From: Gammaproteobacteria bacterium
Lineage (GTDB): Bacteria > Pseudomonadota > Gammaproteobacteria > BMS3Bbin11
Length of the DNA: 64,000 nt
Assembly: GCA_013150915.1 (NCBI GenBank)
Contig: JAADJE010000084.1
Span: 136 to 64,135 of the forward strand
Direction: 5' to 3'
Shown here one piece after another: positions 20,642 to 30,535 of this stretch; the first letter of the stretch is position 1, and each line of letters begins with the position of its first letter. The translations under genes were made by a program, and so were the position numbers. Under the pieces are notes generated by a model. That model worked only from the letters and a program-made list of their open reading frames with translations. It made no database searches and was not told where the DNA came from.

Positions 20642-21025
20642 ATGCGCATACTGCACACCATGTTGCGTGTGGGCAACCTTGATCGCTCGATCGATTTCTA
20701 TACCGGTATCCTGGGTATGCAATTACTGCGCCGCAAGGACTATCCTGGTGGAAGATTTACCCTTGCCTTTGTTGGCTACGGAGATGAAGTGGATCATACC
20801 GTCATTGAGCTTACCCACAACTGGGGGACCGACAGCTATGACCTTGGCAACGGCTACGGTCATATCGCCCTGGCTGTCGACGATGTGGCGGCAGCCTGTG
20901 AATCTATTCGCCGGCAAGGTGGTAATATTGTTCGTGAGGCCGGCCCAATGAAGCATGGCAGCACAGTGATTGCATTTGTTGAAGATCCGGATGGTTATAA
21001 AATCGAACTGATTGAGGGCAGGTGA
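20642..21025 (+). CDS. gloA: Lactoylglutathione lyase (glyoxalase I)
   Basis: [31 protein letters not shown]. Confidence 0.96.
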   Translation: MRILHTMLRVGNLDRSIDFYTGILGMQLLRRKDYPGGRFTLAFVGYGDEVDHTVIELTHNWGTDSYDLGNGYGHIALAVDDVAAACESIRRQGGNIVREAGPMKHGSTVIAFVEDPDGYKIELIEGR

Positions 21026-21187
21026 TGACATAGAGATCCTGCGGTTCGTTGCCTTACGGCACATTATCGACCGATTATTGACATGTAGGCGTGAATTCAT
21101 TTTCAAAGAGGCGCCCGGTAGTTTTGTCCGATGTTGTCAGATTGACAGAACAAAACGGGTAATGCGTATACAAACTTTAACTATCAT

Positions 21188-21221
21188 CTGTCATCAAACT
21201 GTAACATTCACTCTCTAGAGT
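21188..21221 (+). promoter_or_regulatory. Pho box plus -10 element of phoBR
   Basis: CTGTCAT-caaa-CTGTAAC (21188-21205) with TAGAGT 10 nt downstream, the canonical geometry. Confidence 0.88.
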
Positions 21222-21251
21222 TGAAAATCTTTGCTATAAATAAGGCTGAAC

Positions 21252-21950
21252 ATGCAGAAAAAAATCCTGGTCATCGAAGACGAAGCCGCAATACTCGGCA
21301 TGATAACCTTTACCCTGGAAAACGAAGACTTTCTGGTGGTCGGTGTTGAAAATGGCCAGGATGCCCAACAGGCCGTTGCAAAATCCATTCCTGACCTGAT
21401 GCTGGTGGACTGGATGCTGCCTGGTATCAGTGGCCTGGAGTTGGTACGTGGGTTTCGTCGATCAGCGGCCACACGCACTGTCCCTATCATTATGTTGACC
21501 GCACGTAGCGAAGAAAATGACCGGATTGATGGCCTCGATTCCGGTGCCGATGATTATATTACGAAACCTTTTTCTACACGTGAGTTGCTGTCACGTATCT
21601 CTGCTTTATTGCGGCGTGCAGAAGCCTTCGAGGGTTCTACACAGCCTCTACTGGCAGGAGAGATAAAACTTGACCCGCTGGCACATGAACTAACGATAGC
21701 AGGAAAACCGGTAAAGCCCGGCCCCACCGAGTACCGGCTGCTCTTTTTCCTCATGCAGCACCCCAACCGTGTGTACTCACGGGGTCAGCTGCTGGATTAT
21801 GTCTGGGGCGAAAACATCTACATTGAAGAAAGAACGGTGGATGTCCATATTTTGCGTCTGCGCAAACTTCTTAAACGGTTCGCCGTTGATCATATGTTAC
21901 AGACAGTTCGAGGTATCGGTTACCGTTTTAGTATTTCGGTTGGACAATGA
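21252..21950 (+). CDS. phoB: Phosphate regulon response regulator
   Basis: VDWMLPG receiver domain, GADDYITKPFS, ERTVDVHILRLRK. Confidence 0.95.
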   Translation: MQKKILVIEDEAAILGMITFTLENEDFLVVGVENGQDAQQAVAKSIPDLMLVDWMLPGISGLELVRGFRRSAATRTVPIIMLTARSEENDRIDGLDSGADDYITKPFSTRELLSRISALLRRAEAFEGSTQPLLAGEIKLDPLAHELTIAGKPVKPGPTEYRLLFFLMQHPNRVYSRGQLLDYVWGENIYIEERTVDVHILRLRKLLKRFAVDHMLQTVRGIGYRFSISVGQ

Positions 21951-23263
21951 ACAAAAATTTATCCCTGGAGGCCTGGCGCCTGTTCTGGGTTCTTGTTGCC
22001 GGAATTATTGCTGGCTTGATGACATCACGGCTTTGGCCAACTATTGTCCTGGCTCTCCTGGCGTACTGCATCTGGCAGATGAACCAGCTCTTCAGGCTCG
22101 ATCGCTGGATACAGCAGGGCCTTAAGCGTTCACAAACACCGAATGCAGGGGGGTTACTGGAAAATATAATTTCCAATATCTACCGCCTTAAAACCAGCAG
22201 GAAGCGCGGTAAAAAACAGCTGGCCCTGTTACTGGGTCAATACAGAGCCTCTGCGGAAGCACTGCCTGATGCCACGGTTATCCTTACCAGCACCGGTGAA
22301 ATCCAGTGGTTCAATGAAGCGGCCGAAATCTTGCTGCGCCTGCAGACACCGAGAGACTTGGGTCAACGTATTGATAATCTGTTACGCGACCCCAAGTTTC
22401 GTAAATTCCTGCGAGCGACAAAACGGCAACAGGAACTACGCCTCACATCTCCGTTGGATAATGAAGTCATTTTATCCTGTCGCCTGATCAATTATGGCCA
22501 GGATAAGCTTTTACTGACAGTACGTGATGTCAGCATCCGCGAACAGCTCAATCGTGTCAGGCGTGAATTTGTTTCGAATGCTTCACATGAGCTACGTACT
22601 CCACTCACGGTGATTCGGGGTTATCTTGAGATGATGTCTGCCGACAACGGGGGGGAGGATGAGTTGCGAGACAAGATACACATCTTGCTTGAACAAACGG
22701 CACAGATGGAGAATATAATCAACGAAATGCTGACACTTTCCCGACTGGAAAGTTCTACGCTGGAAGCCAGCGAAGGAGAGGCCCTCAGCGTTGCACAAAT
22801 ATTACGGCAACTGGTATCGGATGCCGTTCGGTCCGGCAAAGCCGAGAGCGATCAAATCACAGTTACTGTGGATGACAGCCTTTGTCTAATTGGCATACGG
22901 GCAGAGATAATGAGCCTTTGCAATAATCTTCTGTACAACGCTCTGCAGCACAATCCTGCGCAAACACCCATAGAGCTACAATGGTTCCGCAGTGGTTCCG
23001 ATGCGCCATGCCTGGCCGTAAATGACGATGGTGAGGGCATTGAGCAGCAGCATCTGAGCCGCCTGACGGAACGATTCTACCGTGTTGATTCCAGCCGCTC
23101 ACGAGAATCCGGCGGCACCGGCCTGGGACTGGCCATCGTCAAACACATTGTTCAGCGCCATGGCGGGCATATTGATATTTCCAGTACGCCTACTGTCGGC
23201 TCATCCTTTACCTGCTGTTTTGCAACATCGCGGGCCGTTGAATGTGTCGGTGATGAAGTCTAA
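21947..23263 (+). CDS. phoR: Phosphate regulon sensor kinase
   Basis: N-terminal TM, PAS domain, FVSNASHELRTPL, ERFYRVD, GGTGLGL. Confidence 0.95.
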   Translation: MNKNLSLEAWRLFWVLVAGIIAGLMTSRLWPTIVLALLAYCIWQMNQLFRLDRWIQQGLKRSQTPNAGGLLENIISNIYRLKTSRKRGKKQLALLLGQYRASAEALPDATVILTSTGEIQWFNEAAEILLRLQTPRDLGQRIDNLLRDPKFRKFLRATKRQQELRLTSPLDNEVILSCRLINYGQDKLLLTVRDVSIREQLNRVRREFVSNASHELRTPLTVIRGYLEMMSADNGGEDELRDKIHILLEQTAQMENIINEMLTLSRLESSTLEASEGEALSVAQILRQLVSDAVRSGKAESDQITVTVDDSLCLIGIRAEIMSLCNNLLYNALQHNPAQTPIELQWFRSGSDAPCLAVNDDGEGIEQQHLSRLTERFYRVDSSRSRESGGTGLGLAIVKHIVQRHGGHIDISSTPTVGSSFTCCFATSRAVECVGDEV

Positions 23264-23331
23264 TAATCGCCACTATATAATCCGTAACACCCCTCTTGGG
23301 GCGACATTTACAGCGGCTGGTTGAATGGCCA

Positions 23332-23403
23332 TGCGATCCCCATGCCTTGTGATGACAGATTTTTAATCACAATCTGACATATCCAGAATTACCGGATATC
23401 CCA
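23332..23403. repeat. Partial (right-half) copy of the MITE-like palindromic family
   Basis: TGACAGATTTTTAATCACAATCTGACATATCCAG aligns with TGACAGATTTTGAATCACAATCTGATTATCCAG of copy 1. Confidence 0.65.
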
Positions 23404-23413
23404 AAAAAAGGTT

Positions 23414-23447
23414 TTGTCATAATCCTGTAACAATAGGTTTCTAGAAT
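23414..23447 (+). promoter_or_regulatory. Pho box plus -10 element of pstS
   Basis: TTGTCAT-aatc-CTGTAAC (23414-23431) with TAGAAT 10 nt downstream. Confidence 0.88.
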
Positions 23448-23554
23448 CTTGTCCAGTAACAGAGGCCCTGATGCTGAAGCTAAGGATTATTAAAGGTTCC
23501 CTTAACTCAGACCCGGCCTGATCATAAGTAAACTTAAACTTCGGGACAATCAAC

Positions 23555-24697
23555 ATGAAAAAATTTATTCTGCACAGCGTTGTCATTGTGGCCGCCATGG
23601 GTAGCATTAATACCGCCCATGCCATAGGCCGTGATACCATAAACATTGTCGGGTCTTCGACAGTGTATCCCTTTGCCACAGTTGTTGCTGAGCGTTTTGG
23701 ACGTTCCAGTAATTTCAAAACACCCAAGATTGAATCAACCGGTTCCGGTGGTGGACTCAAGTTATTCTGCAAAGGCGCAGGGGCCAACACACCGGATATT
23801 ACCAATGCCTCACGCCGTATCAAGAAAAGTGAGTATGATAAATGCCAGAAGAATGGGGTCACCAGCATAACCGAAGTACTGGTCGGTTACGACGGTATCG
23901 TCATTGCAAACTCAAAAAAAGCAATTCGCTTAAACCTGACACGCAAGGACTTATACATGGCACTGGCCAAAATAGTGCCCGGTCCTGATGGTAAACTGAT
24001 TCCCAACCCCAATACTACCTGGAAAGACGTCAACGCCAAGTTACCCGCGATAAAAATTGAAGTGCTCGGACCACCACCAACATCTGGAACCCGTGATGCC
24101 TTTGCTGAACTGGCTCTTGGCGGTGGTGCAAAAACGATTCCTGATCTCAAGGCATTGCGTGGCATGAAGGCCTCTCAGGCTGATGAGATCAAAGCCATGA
24201 TGACCAAACTGGGTATTCCGTTGACTGTTTATGACAGCATGAAGAAGAAAAAAGGCAAGGCGCCTAAGGGAAAGAAAATCTTCAAGGCGGTTGTCTATGC
24301 GGTACGCGAAGACGGTGCCTATATTGAGGCAGGCGAGAACGATAACCTTATCGTACAAAAACTGCAGACCAACCCAAATGCGCTGGGTATCTTCGGCTTC
24401 AGCTATCTAGAGGAAAATGCTGACAAGGTACAGGGGTCTATAATTGATGGTATTGAGCCAAGCTTTGATACAATCGCCAGTGGTGACTACCCGGTATCAC
24501 GTCCGCTATACTTCTATATCAAGAATGCGCACGTGGGTAAAATCCCCGGTATTCTGGAATACGCCCTGGCATTCGCCTCAAAAAAGGCTATGGGCGAGGA
24601 CGGTTACCTGCCCGAAAGAGGGCTAATCCCATTAAACAGTAATGAATTGCTACAAGTTCAGAAAAACATAAAAAATCTTAAAGTACTGAAAATGTAG
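23555..24697 (+). CDS. pstS: Phosphate ABC transporter substrate-binding protein
   Basis: Signal peptide, VGSSTVYPF, STGSGGG, SGTRDAF, YPVSRPLYFY. Confidence 0.95.
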   Translation: MKKFILHSVVIVAAMGSINTAHAIGRDTINIVGSSTVYPFATVVAERFGRSSNFKTPKIESTGSGGGLKLFCKGAGANTPDITNASRRIKKSEYDKCQKNGVTSITEVLVGYDGIVIANSKKAIRLNLTRKDLYMALAKIVPGPDGKLIPNPNTTWKDVNAKLPAIKIEVLGPPPTSGTRDAFAELALGGGAKTIPDLKALRGMKASQADEIKAMMTKLGIPLTVYDSMKKKKGKAPKGKKIFKAVVYAVREDGAYIEAGENDNLIVQKLQTNPNALGIFGFSYLEENADKVQGSIIDGIEPSFDTIASGDYPVSRPLYFYIKNAHVGKIPGILEYALAFASKKAMGEDGYLPERGLIPLNSNELLQVQKNIKNLKVLKM

Positions 24698-24731
24698 TTA
24701 TTTCCTGATTGTTGAGTCGTTTTTTATACGC

Positions 24732-26120
24732 ATGCAGACATCTACAATCTTTCTCGCACTGATCATCCTAACGGTGATCAGTTTTGCGCTGGGATACAAA
24801 CGTTCGCATGCTGTAGCAGCCGGGCACGGCGGCATCAAGTCGCTGCACTCTTTGCCCCGGCATTACGGCTATATGACAGCACTGTGGGCCGGCTTGCCGG
24901 CCTTACTCATTCTACTCCTGTGGATGGGGTTTGAACAAAGGGTACTCCACAGCCTTGTGTTGGCCAGCCTGCCGGAAAGTGTGCAAAGCATGCAGGAAAG
25001 CCAGCTCGGGCTCTACTACAATCAAATCGTCAGTTTTGCCACTGGCAATATAGACAGTTCACAACTCAATGCAGATCAAATTGGAGCCGCTTCCTATTTT
25101 AACTCATTGCTAGCTTCAGGCCGTATAATCAAGAGCGCCCTGGTCTTTGTCATAATCGTCTTTGGTGCAGGGTTGGCCATGCAGCGAATCAGGCCTTCAT
25201 TCCGTGCCCGCAATAATGTTGAGAATATTTTCAAGTGGGTACTCTTCGCCTGTTCATTTATTGCGGTACTGACGACAGCCGGTATCGTCCTGTCTGTGTT
25301 ATTTGAAGCCGTGCGTTTTTTTCAGGTTATTCCCCTTACAGACTTTCTGTTCGGGCTGGAATGGAGTCCACAGATGGCCATTCGTGCCGACCAGGTGGCA
25401 GCATCCGGTTCATTTGGCTTTGTGCCTTTGTTTGTCGGCACAATGCTGATTACCCTGGTTGCCATGTTGATTGCCGTACCTGTCGGCCTGATGTCCGCCA
25501 TCTATATGTCGGAATATGCCACTAAGCGTTTTCGCACTATAAGTAAACCGATGCTGGAAATACTGGCCGGGGTGCCCACAGTCGTTTATGGTTTCTTTGC
25601 CGCACTCACTGTGGCACCTTTTATCCGCAATTTGGGCGAGTCCTTTGGTCTCAACGTATCTTCCGAGAGTGCCCTGGCCGCCGGTCTGGTTATGGGAATC
25701 ATGATTATTCCTTTCGTCATGTCATTGTCAGATGATATTATCACTGCAGTACCCGATGCCATGCGTGAAGCCTCGCTGGGCCTGGGCGCAACGATGAATG
25801 AGACGATACGAAAGGTCGTGTTGCCTGCTGCCCTACCGGGCATCATTGGGGGTATATTACTCGCTGTGTCACGCGCCATTGGCGAGACCATGATTGTTGT
25901 CATGGCCGCCGGGCTATCGGCAAAACTGACCATCAATCCGCTGGAGGCGGTGACCACGGTCACAGTACAAATCGTTACCCTGCTAGTTGGTGACCAGGAA
26001 TTCGACAGTCCAAAAACACTGGCCGCCTTTGCCCTGGGTTTGTCGCTTTTCTTCGTGACGCTACTGCTCAACGTCATCGCCCTCTATGTGGTCAGAAAAT
26101 ACCGTGAGCAATATGAATAA
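24732..26120 (+). CDS. pstC: Phosphate ABC transporter permease
   Basis: Multi-TM, LAGVPTVVYG, EAA loop, SRAIGETM. Confidence 0.95.
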   Translation: MQTSTIFLALIILTVISFALGYKRSHAVAAGHGGIKSLHSLPRHYGYMTALWAGLPALLILLLWMGFEQRVLHSLVLASLPESVQSMQESQLGLYYNQIVSFATGNIDSSQLNADQIGAASYFNSLLASGRIIKSALVFVIIVFGAGLAMQRIRPSFRARNNVENIFKWVLFACSFIAVLTTAGIVLSVLFEAVRFFQVIPLTDFLFGLEWSPQMAIRADQVAASGSFGFVPLFVGTMLITLVAMLIAVPVGLMSAIYMSEYATKRFRTISKPMLEILAGVPTVVYGFFAALTVAPFIRNLGESFGLNVSSESALAAGLVMGIMIIPFVMSLSDDIITAVPDAMREASLGLGATMNETIRKVVLPAALPGIIGGILLAVSRAIGETMIVVMAAGLSAKLTINPLEAVTTVTVQIVTLLVGDQEFDSPKTLAAFALGLSLFFVTLLLNVIALYVVRKYREQYE

Positions 26121-27423
26121 ACAGATAGACAGCAATACAGATAGAAGCACAAACCGGAATACCGCCGTAATAGCGGCATCATTAAAGAAGCGCTATGCGC
26201 GAGAGAAACGCTTCCAGTGGTATGGCCGGCTGGCTGTGTTAACAGGCTTTATCTTTTTGTTTCTGTTGCTTGCAGATATCGTCAGCAAAGGGACGCCTGC
26301 CTTTACTCAAAGCTTTATCAAGCTCTCCATTAATCTAGATCCTGAGAAGCTCGGCGTAGACGCTAATTCAACGGAAAATGAATTACGGCAGGCGAATTAT
26401 GCCGCGGTGATTAAACGCAGCTTGCGTAAAAAATTTCCTGAAGTCTCCGGACGAAAAGAGAAGCGCCGGCTATACCGACTAATTAGTATCGGGGCCGAAT
26501 ATAAGCTGCGTGATTATATTGTCGCCCACCCTGAGGATATCGGGAAGCGTAAAGAATTCTGGCTGCGGGCACATTCCGAGGCAGACAGTTACCTGAAGGG
26601 GCAGGTGGATAAAAACACCCCGGAAGCTGACCGGCGTGTAAAAGACAATCAAGTAAACTGGCTAAATCAGCTACACAAAGAAGGCCTTACCGATACTCGC
26701 TTCAACACCACATTCTTTACTGCCGGCGATTCCCGTGAGCCTGAACTGGCGGGGATAAAAGCCGCCTTGTTTGGATCCTTCTTCACCCTGTCGGTTACCT
26801 TTCTGCTTTCTTTCCCGATCGGTGTCTTTGCCGCAATTTATTTACAGGAATTTGCACCACGCAACCGCCTCACCGATCTAATTGAAATAAATATCAATAA
26901 TCTGGCCGCCGTGCCTTCCATCGTTTTTGGTCTACTGGGGCTGGCTGTTTTCATCAATTTTTTTGGGCTGCCGCGCTCTGCGCCGCTGGTTGGTGGTATC
27001 GTGCTGGCGCTGATAACATTACCAACTATCATCATTACATCGCGCACCGCGATTCAGGCCGTTTCACCTTCCATCCGTGAGGCCGCCCTCGCCATAGGTG
27101 CGTCAAAGTTACAGACCATATTTCACCATGTCCTGCCAGTCGCCATGCCCGGTATTTTTACCGGGGCGATAATTGGTATGGCCCAGGCACTGGGTGAATC
27201 CGCGCCTTTGCTAATGATCGGCATGGTCGCCTTTATCATGGATGTACCTGGCAGCATAATGGACTCGTCGACAGTACTGCCAATACAGGTTTATTTGTGG
27301 GCCGACAACCCAGAACACGGGTTTATGGAAAAGACCTCGGCAGCCATTATGGTACTGCTACTCTTTTTGATCATAATGAATGCGCTTGCTATTTATCTGC
27401 GTAAACGCTTCGAATTAAAATAG
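26113..27423 (+). CDS. pstA: Phosphate ABC transporter permease
   Basis: [28 protein letters not shown]; start overlaps the pstC stop. Confidence 0.95.
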   Translation: MNKQIDSNTDRSTNRNTAVIAASLKKRYAREKRFQWYGRLAVLTGFIFLFLLLADIVSKGTPAFTQSFIKLSINLDPEKLGVDANSTENELRQANYAAVIKRSLRKKFPEVSGRKEKRRLYRLISIGAEYKLRDYIVAHPEDIGKRKEFWLRAHSEADSYLKGQVDKNTPEADRRVKDNQVNWLNQLHKEGLTDTRFNTTFFTAGDSREPELAGIKAALFGSFFTLSVTFLLSFPIGVFAAIYLQEFAPRNRLTDLIEININNLAAVPSIVFGLLGLAVFINFFGLPRSAPLVGGIVLALITLPTIIITSRTAIQAVSPSIREAALAIGASKLQTIFHHVLPVAMPGIFTGAIIGMAQALGESAPLLMIGMVAFIMDVPGSIMDSSTVLPIQVYLWADNPEHGFMEKTSAAIMVLLLFLIIMNALAIYLRKRFELK

Positions 27424-27434
27424 GGTCTGATAAG

Positions 27435-28379
27435 ATGCAGACGGTAACAATGATAAAGGACAATTCCGCAGTGACTGACAAGAACACAACTGACGAGGGT
27501 ACGCTTGCATATGTCACTGCAAACAAGCCTGTAAACGAAACGCTGCAGGGCCTGCGTGAATTTGATATCCACGAGTCGGGGGATAACGAAAAACATGAGA
27601 CAGTCGGTCAGCCTTTCATCGACAATGCCAGGATTTCTGCGCGTAATGTCAATGTCTACTATGGTGATAAACAGGCTATTATAGATGTATCACTGGACAT
27701 CGCTGGGAATCAGATTATTGCCATGATTGGCCCCTCAGGCTGTGGTAAATCCACCTTTTTACGGACCATCAACCGGATGAATGACATCATTCCCGGCTGC
27801 CGCTTTGAAGGTAATATCAAGCTTGACGGTGAGGATATTTATGATACAGAAATGGATATCGTACTGCTGCGTGCACGTGTCGGCATGGTATTCCAGAAAC
27901 CGAATCCGTTTCCAAAGTCAATCTTTGAAAATGTAGCATACGGGCCGCGCATCCATGGCCTGGCGCACAATAAGGCCGAACTGGATGACATCGTCGAAAA
28001 GAGTCTGCGTCGTGCCAGCCTGTTTGATGAAGTGAAAGATCAGCTGGATAAACCGGGCACCGGTCTGTCAGGCGGCCAGCAACAACGCCTGTGCATCGCA
28101 CGTGCCATAGCGGTCAGCCCCGAGGTTATACTGATGGACGAACCCTGCTCAGCACTGGATCCGATCGCCACCGCACGCATTGAAGAGCTGATGGATGAGT
28201 TAAAGGAGAAATACACCATAGTTATCGTCACCCATTCCATGCAGCAGGCCGCTCGCGTGTCGCAGCGTACGGCCTATTTCCATCTCGGAAAGCTGATGGA
28301 GGTCGGTAATACACGAGAGATATTCACCACGCCCAAGCACCAGATGACGGAAAATTATATTACCGGACGATTCGGTTAG
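27435..28379 (+). CDS. pstB: Phosphate ABC transporter ATPase
   Basis: [31 protein letters not shown]. Confidence 0.97.
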   Translation: MQTVTMIKDNSAVTDKNTTDEGTLAYVTANKPVNETLQGLREFDIHESGDNEKHETVGQPFIDNARISARNVNVYYGDKQAIIDVSLDIAGNQIIAMIGPSGCGKSTFLRTINRMNDIIPGCRFEGNIKLDGEDIYDTEMDIVLLRARVGMVFQKPNPFPKSIFENVAYGPRIHGLAHNKAELDDIVEKSLRRASLFDEVKDQLDKPGTGLSGGQQQRLCIARAIAVSPEVILMDEPCSALDPIATARIEELMDELKEKYTIVIVTHSMQQAARVSQRTAYFHLGKLMEVGNTREIFTTPKHQMTENYITGRFG

Positions 28380-28394
28380 GCTAAGGAAAATACC

Positions 28395-29105
28395 ATGGAA
28401 AACCTGCAAATTGATCAACATATTTCAAGAAAATATAATGAAGAACTCGAAGAATTGCGCAGTAAAGTTATGACCATGGGCGGTATGGTTGAGAAACAGT
28501 GTAAGAATGCATTACAGGCCCTGATCAAGGGCGACAGCAGCCTGGCAGAAACAGTCGCCACATCGGACTATCTGATTAATGGCCTGGAAGTCGAAATCGA
28601 TGCGGAATGCACTAATATTCTTGCTCGTAGACAGCCTGCTGCCAGTGATTTACGTATGATTCTGACCGTTATCAAAACCATATCGGATCTTGAACGGATT
28701 GGTGATGAAGCAGAAAAGATTGGTCGTTTCGCTCTAAAACTGGCCAATAGTCAGGAGCCTCAATCCTATTATTCAGACTTACTGCACCTGGGTGAACATG
28801 TCATCGAGATGCTACACGGTGCGCTCGATGCCTTTGCCCGTATGGACGTGGAGGCTGCAGTCAGAGTGGCGGGGCGTGACCCCGAGATCGATCAGGAATT
28901 TGAGTCGCTTACCCGTATGCTCATTACCCACATGATGGAAGACTCTCGTGAGGTAAAAAATGTATTGCGCCTGAACTGGTGCGCACGCTCACTGGAGCGA
29001 ATCGGTGATCACTCTACCAATATCTGTGAATACGTGATCTATCTGGTGAAGGGGCATGATGTACGACATGTCAGTCTGGAGCAGATACAGCAACAGTATA
29101 GTTAG
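28395..29105 (+). CDS. phoU: Phosphate signalling protein PhoU
   Basis: ARRQPAASDLR, two DLERIGD/SLERIGD repeats. Confidence 0.96.
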   Translation: MENLQIDQHISRKYNEELEELRSKVMTMGGMVEKQCKNALQALIKGDSSLAETVATSDYLINGLEVEIDAECTNILARRQPAASDLRMILTVIKTISDLERIGDEAEKIGRFALKLANSQEPQSYYSDLLHLGEHVIEMLHGALDAFARMDVEAAVRVAGRDPEIDQEFESLTRMLITHMMEDSREVKNVLRLNWCARSLERIGDHSTNICEYVIYLVKGHDVRHVSLEQIQQQYS

Positions 29106-29270
29106 AAAGATCACCGTCACACAAAATCGGTATTCCGGCGTATTGCACGGCCCCTGGCTAAGTGGGTTAAATATCCAGAAACCCTTGATGTGTGAGGATG
29201 AAGTAGACTGTGATAAAAATATTCAGATCCCCGCCGTAAATGTCGAGTTCGTAGCTTGATCAACCGTTCC

Positions 29271-30254
29271 CTAGAGATAGCCTTCGCTCCGATACCATTC
29301 AGCCGTTTTGGCCAGACCTTCATCAAGACCCACTTTTGGCTCATATCCCAGCTCTTTTTTGGCCCGGGTTATGTCAAAGGCGCGGTTCTGCCGATACCAG
29401 TCGACTCGCCTGGGAAATATTGGCGGTGTAATTTTGAACGGTTTGCATACTTTTTCGAATATGTGCCCTGCAACAATAAGGGGCCATAGAGGGAAATACT
29501 GAATTTTTACATCCACACCCAGGGCATTGCCGACTCTTCTGACCAGATCATTAATGGAAACATATTCTTCATCACCAATGAGGAATGTCTGACCATCACC
29601 CTTGCCTGGCTCCATAGCCAGCATATGTGCATCCACAAGGTTTTCCACATAGAGAGGGTGATACAGGGTTTTACCGCTACCGAACATCGGAAATCGACCA
29701 TTGTTCACGCGTTTAAAAATCATATAAAAACGTTCCGGATCCCCAGGCCCATAGATGGCGGTGGGTCTTAATACGACTGTTTTGAGCCCCCTGTTTGCAA
29801 ACTCATACACCACCGGCTCAGCCGCATATTTGGTCTGTTGATAGTAGTCCGCTGCATTGATGGGCGCATCTTCATTTGCAGGTGGATTTTCAACATCACC
29901 GTGTACCCCACAGGTACTGCAGTAAATAAATTTACTCACCCCCTGTTTTTCGGCGGCCTCCAGAACATTTCGAGTTCCACCAACATTGATTTCATCATAA
30001 TAGCTATTAGGTACATTGAGCTCCCTGAATGCCGCTGCCAGATGCTGAACCACATCGACCCCCTGCATGCATTTTTCGACCACATCCTTATCCACCACAC
30101 TGCCAATAACCACATCGGCCCCCATATTGCGGAGCTCATCGGTCGCCAGTCCCTCCTTATAATCAAGTGCTACGACCTCATGGCCTTCATTAATCAGGCG
30201 CCTGACCAACGCTTTGCCCGTAAACCCCGTCCCACCAGTAACCAATATTTTCAT
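29271..30254 (-). CDS. NAD-dependent epimerase/dehydratase (extended SDR)
   Basis: GGTGFTG, YQQTK (YxxxK), LRPTAIYGPGD. Confidence 0.92.
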   Translation of the reverse strand: MKILVTGGTGFTGKALVRRLINEGHEVVALDYKEGLATDELRNMGADVVIGSVVDKDVVEKCMQGVDVVQHLAAAFRELNVPNSYYDEINVGGTRNVLEAAEKQGVSKFIYCSTCGVHGDVENPPANEDAPINAADYYQQTKYAAEPVVYEFANRGLKTVVLRPTAIYGPGDPERFYMIFKRVNNGRFPMFGSGKTLYHPLYVENLVDAHMLAMEPGKGDGQTFLIGDEEYVSINDLVRRVGNALGVDVKIQYFPLWPLIVAGHIFEKVCKPFKITPPIFPRRVDWYRQNRAFDITRAKKELGYEPKVGLDEGLAKTAEWYRSEGYL

Positions 30255-30535
30255 TTTATACCCTCTAAAAAAACAGTCTCGTCGTTGATTGTCTTTCCAA
30301 CGTCAAACAGGAATTATAGACACCCAGGTAACCTCCAATCAATTAGCATTTTTCAAAATTACCGTTTTGAGTTTTGCTAAAACACTTCTCCCTGTTTTGA
30401 ATGAATGATTTTCCAGCACTGCCTGTCATTATTTGGTGAATTATTCATCAAATCACCTGTTTTAGGTCACTGCTACCCCATAAAAAACGATATTATCTGC
30501 CCTGGTGTTTTGGTCTGCACAGGTAGAAGAGAAAG

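Noticed and set aside
23389-23868. 159-aa minus-strand ORF
   Set aside because: Antisense to pstS and its promoter; shadow ORF
30423-30440. Possible Pho box in the divergent promoter of the glycan locus
   Set aside because: Only one CTGTCAT half-site; no second half-site at 11-nt spacing
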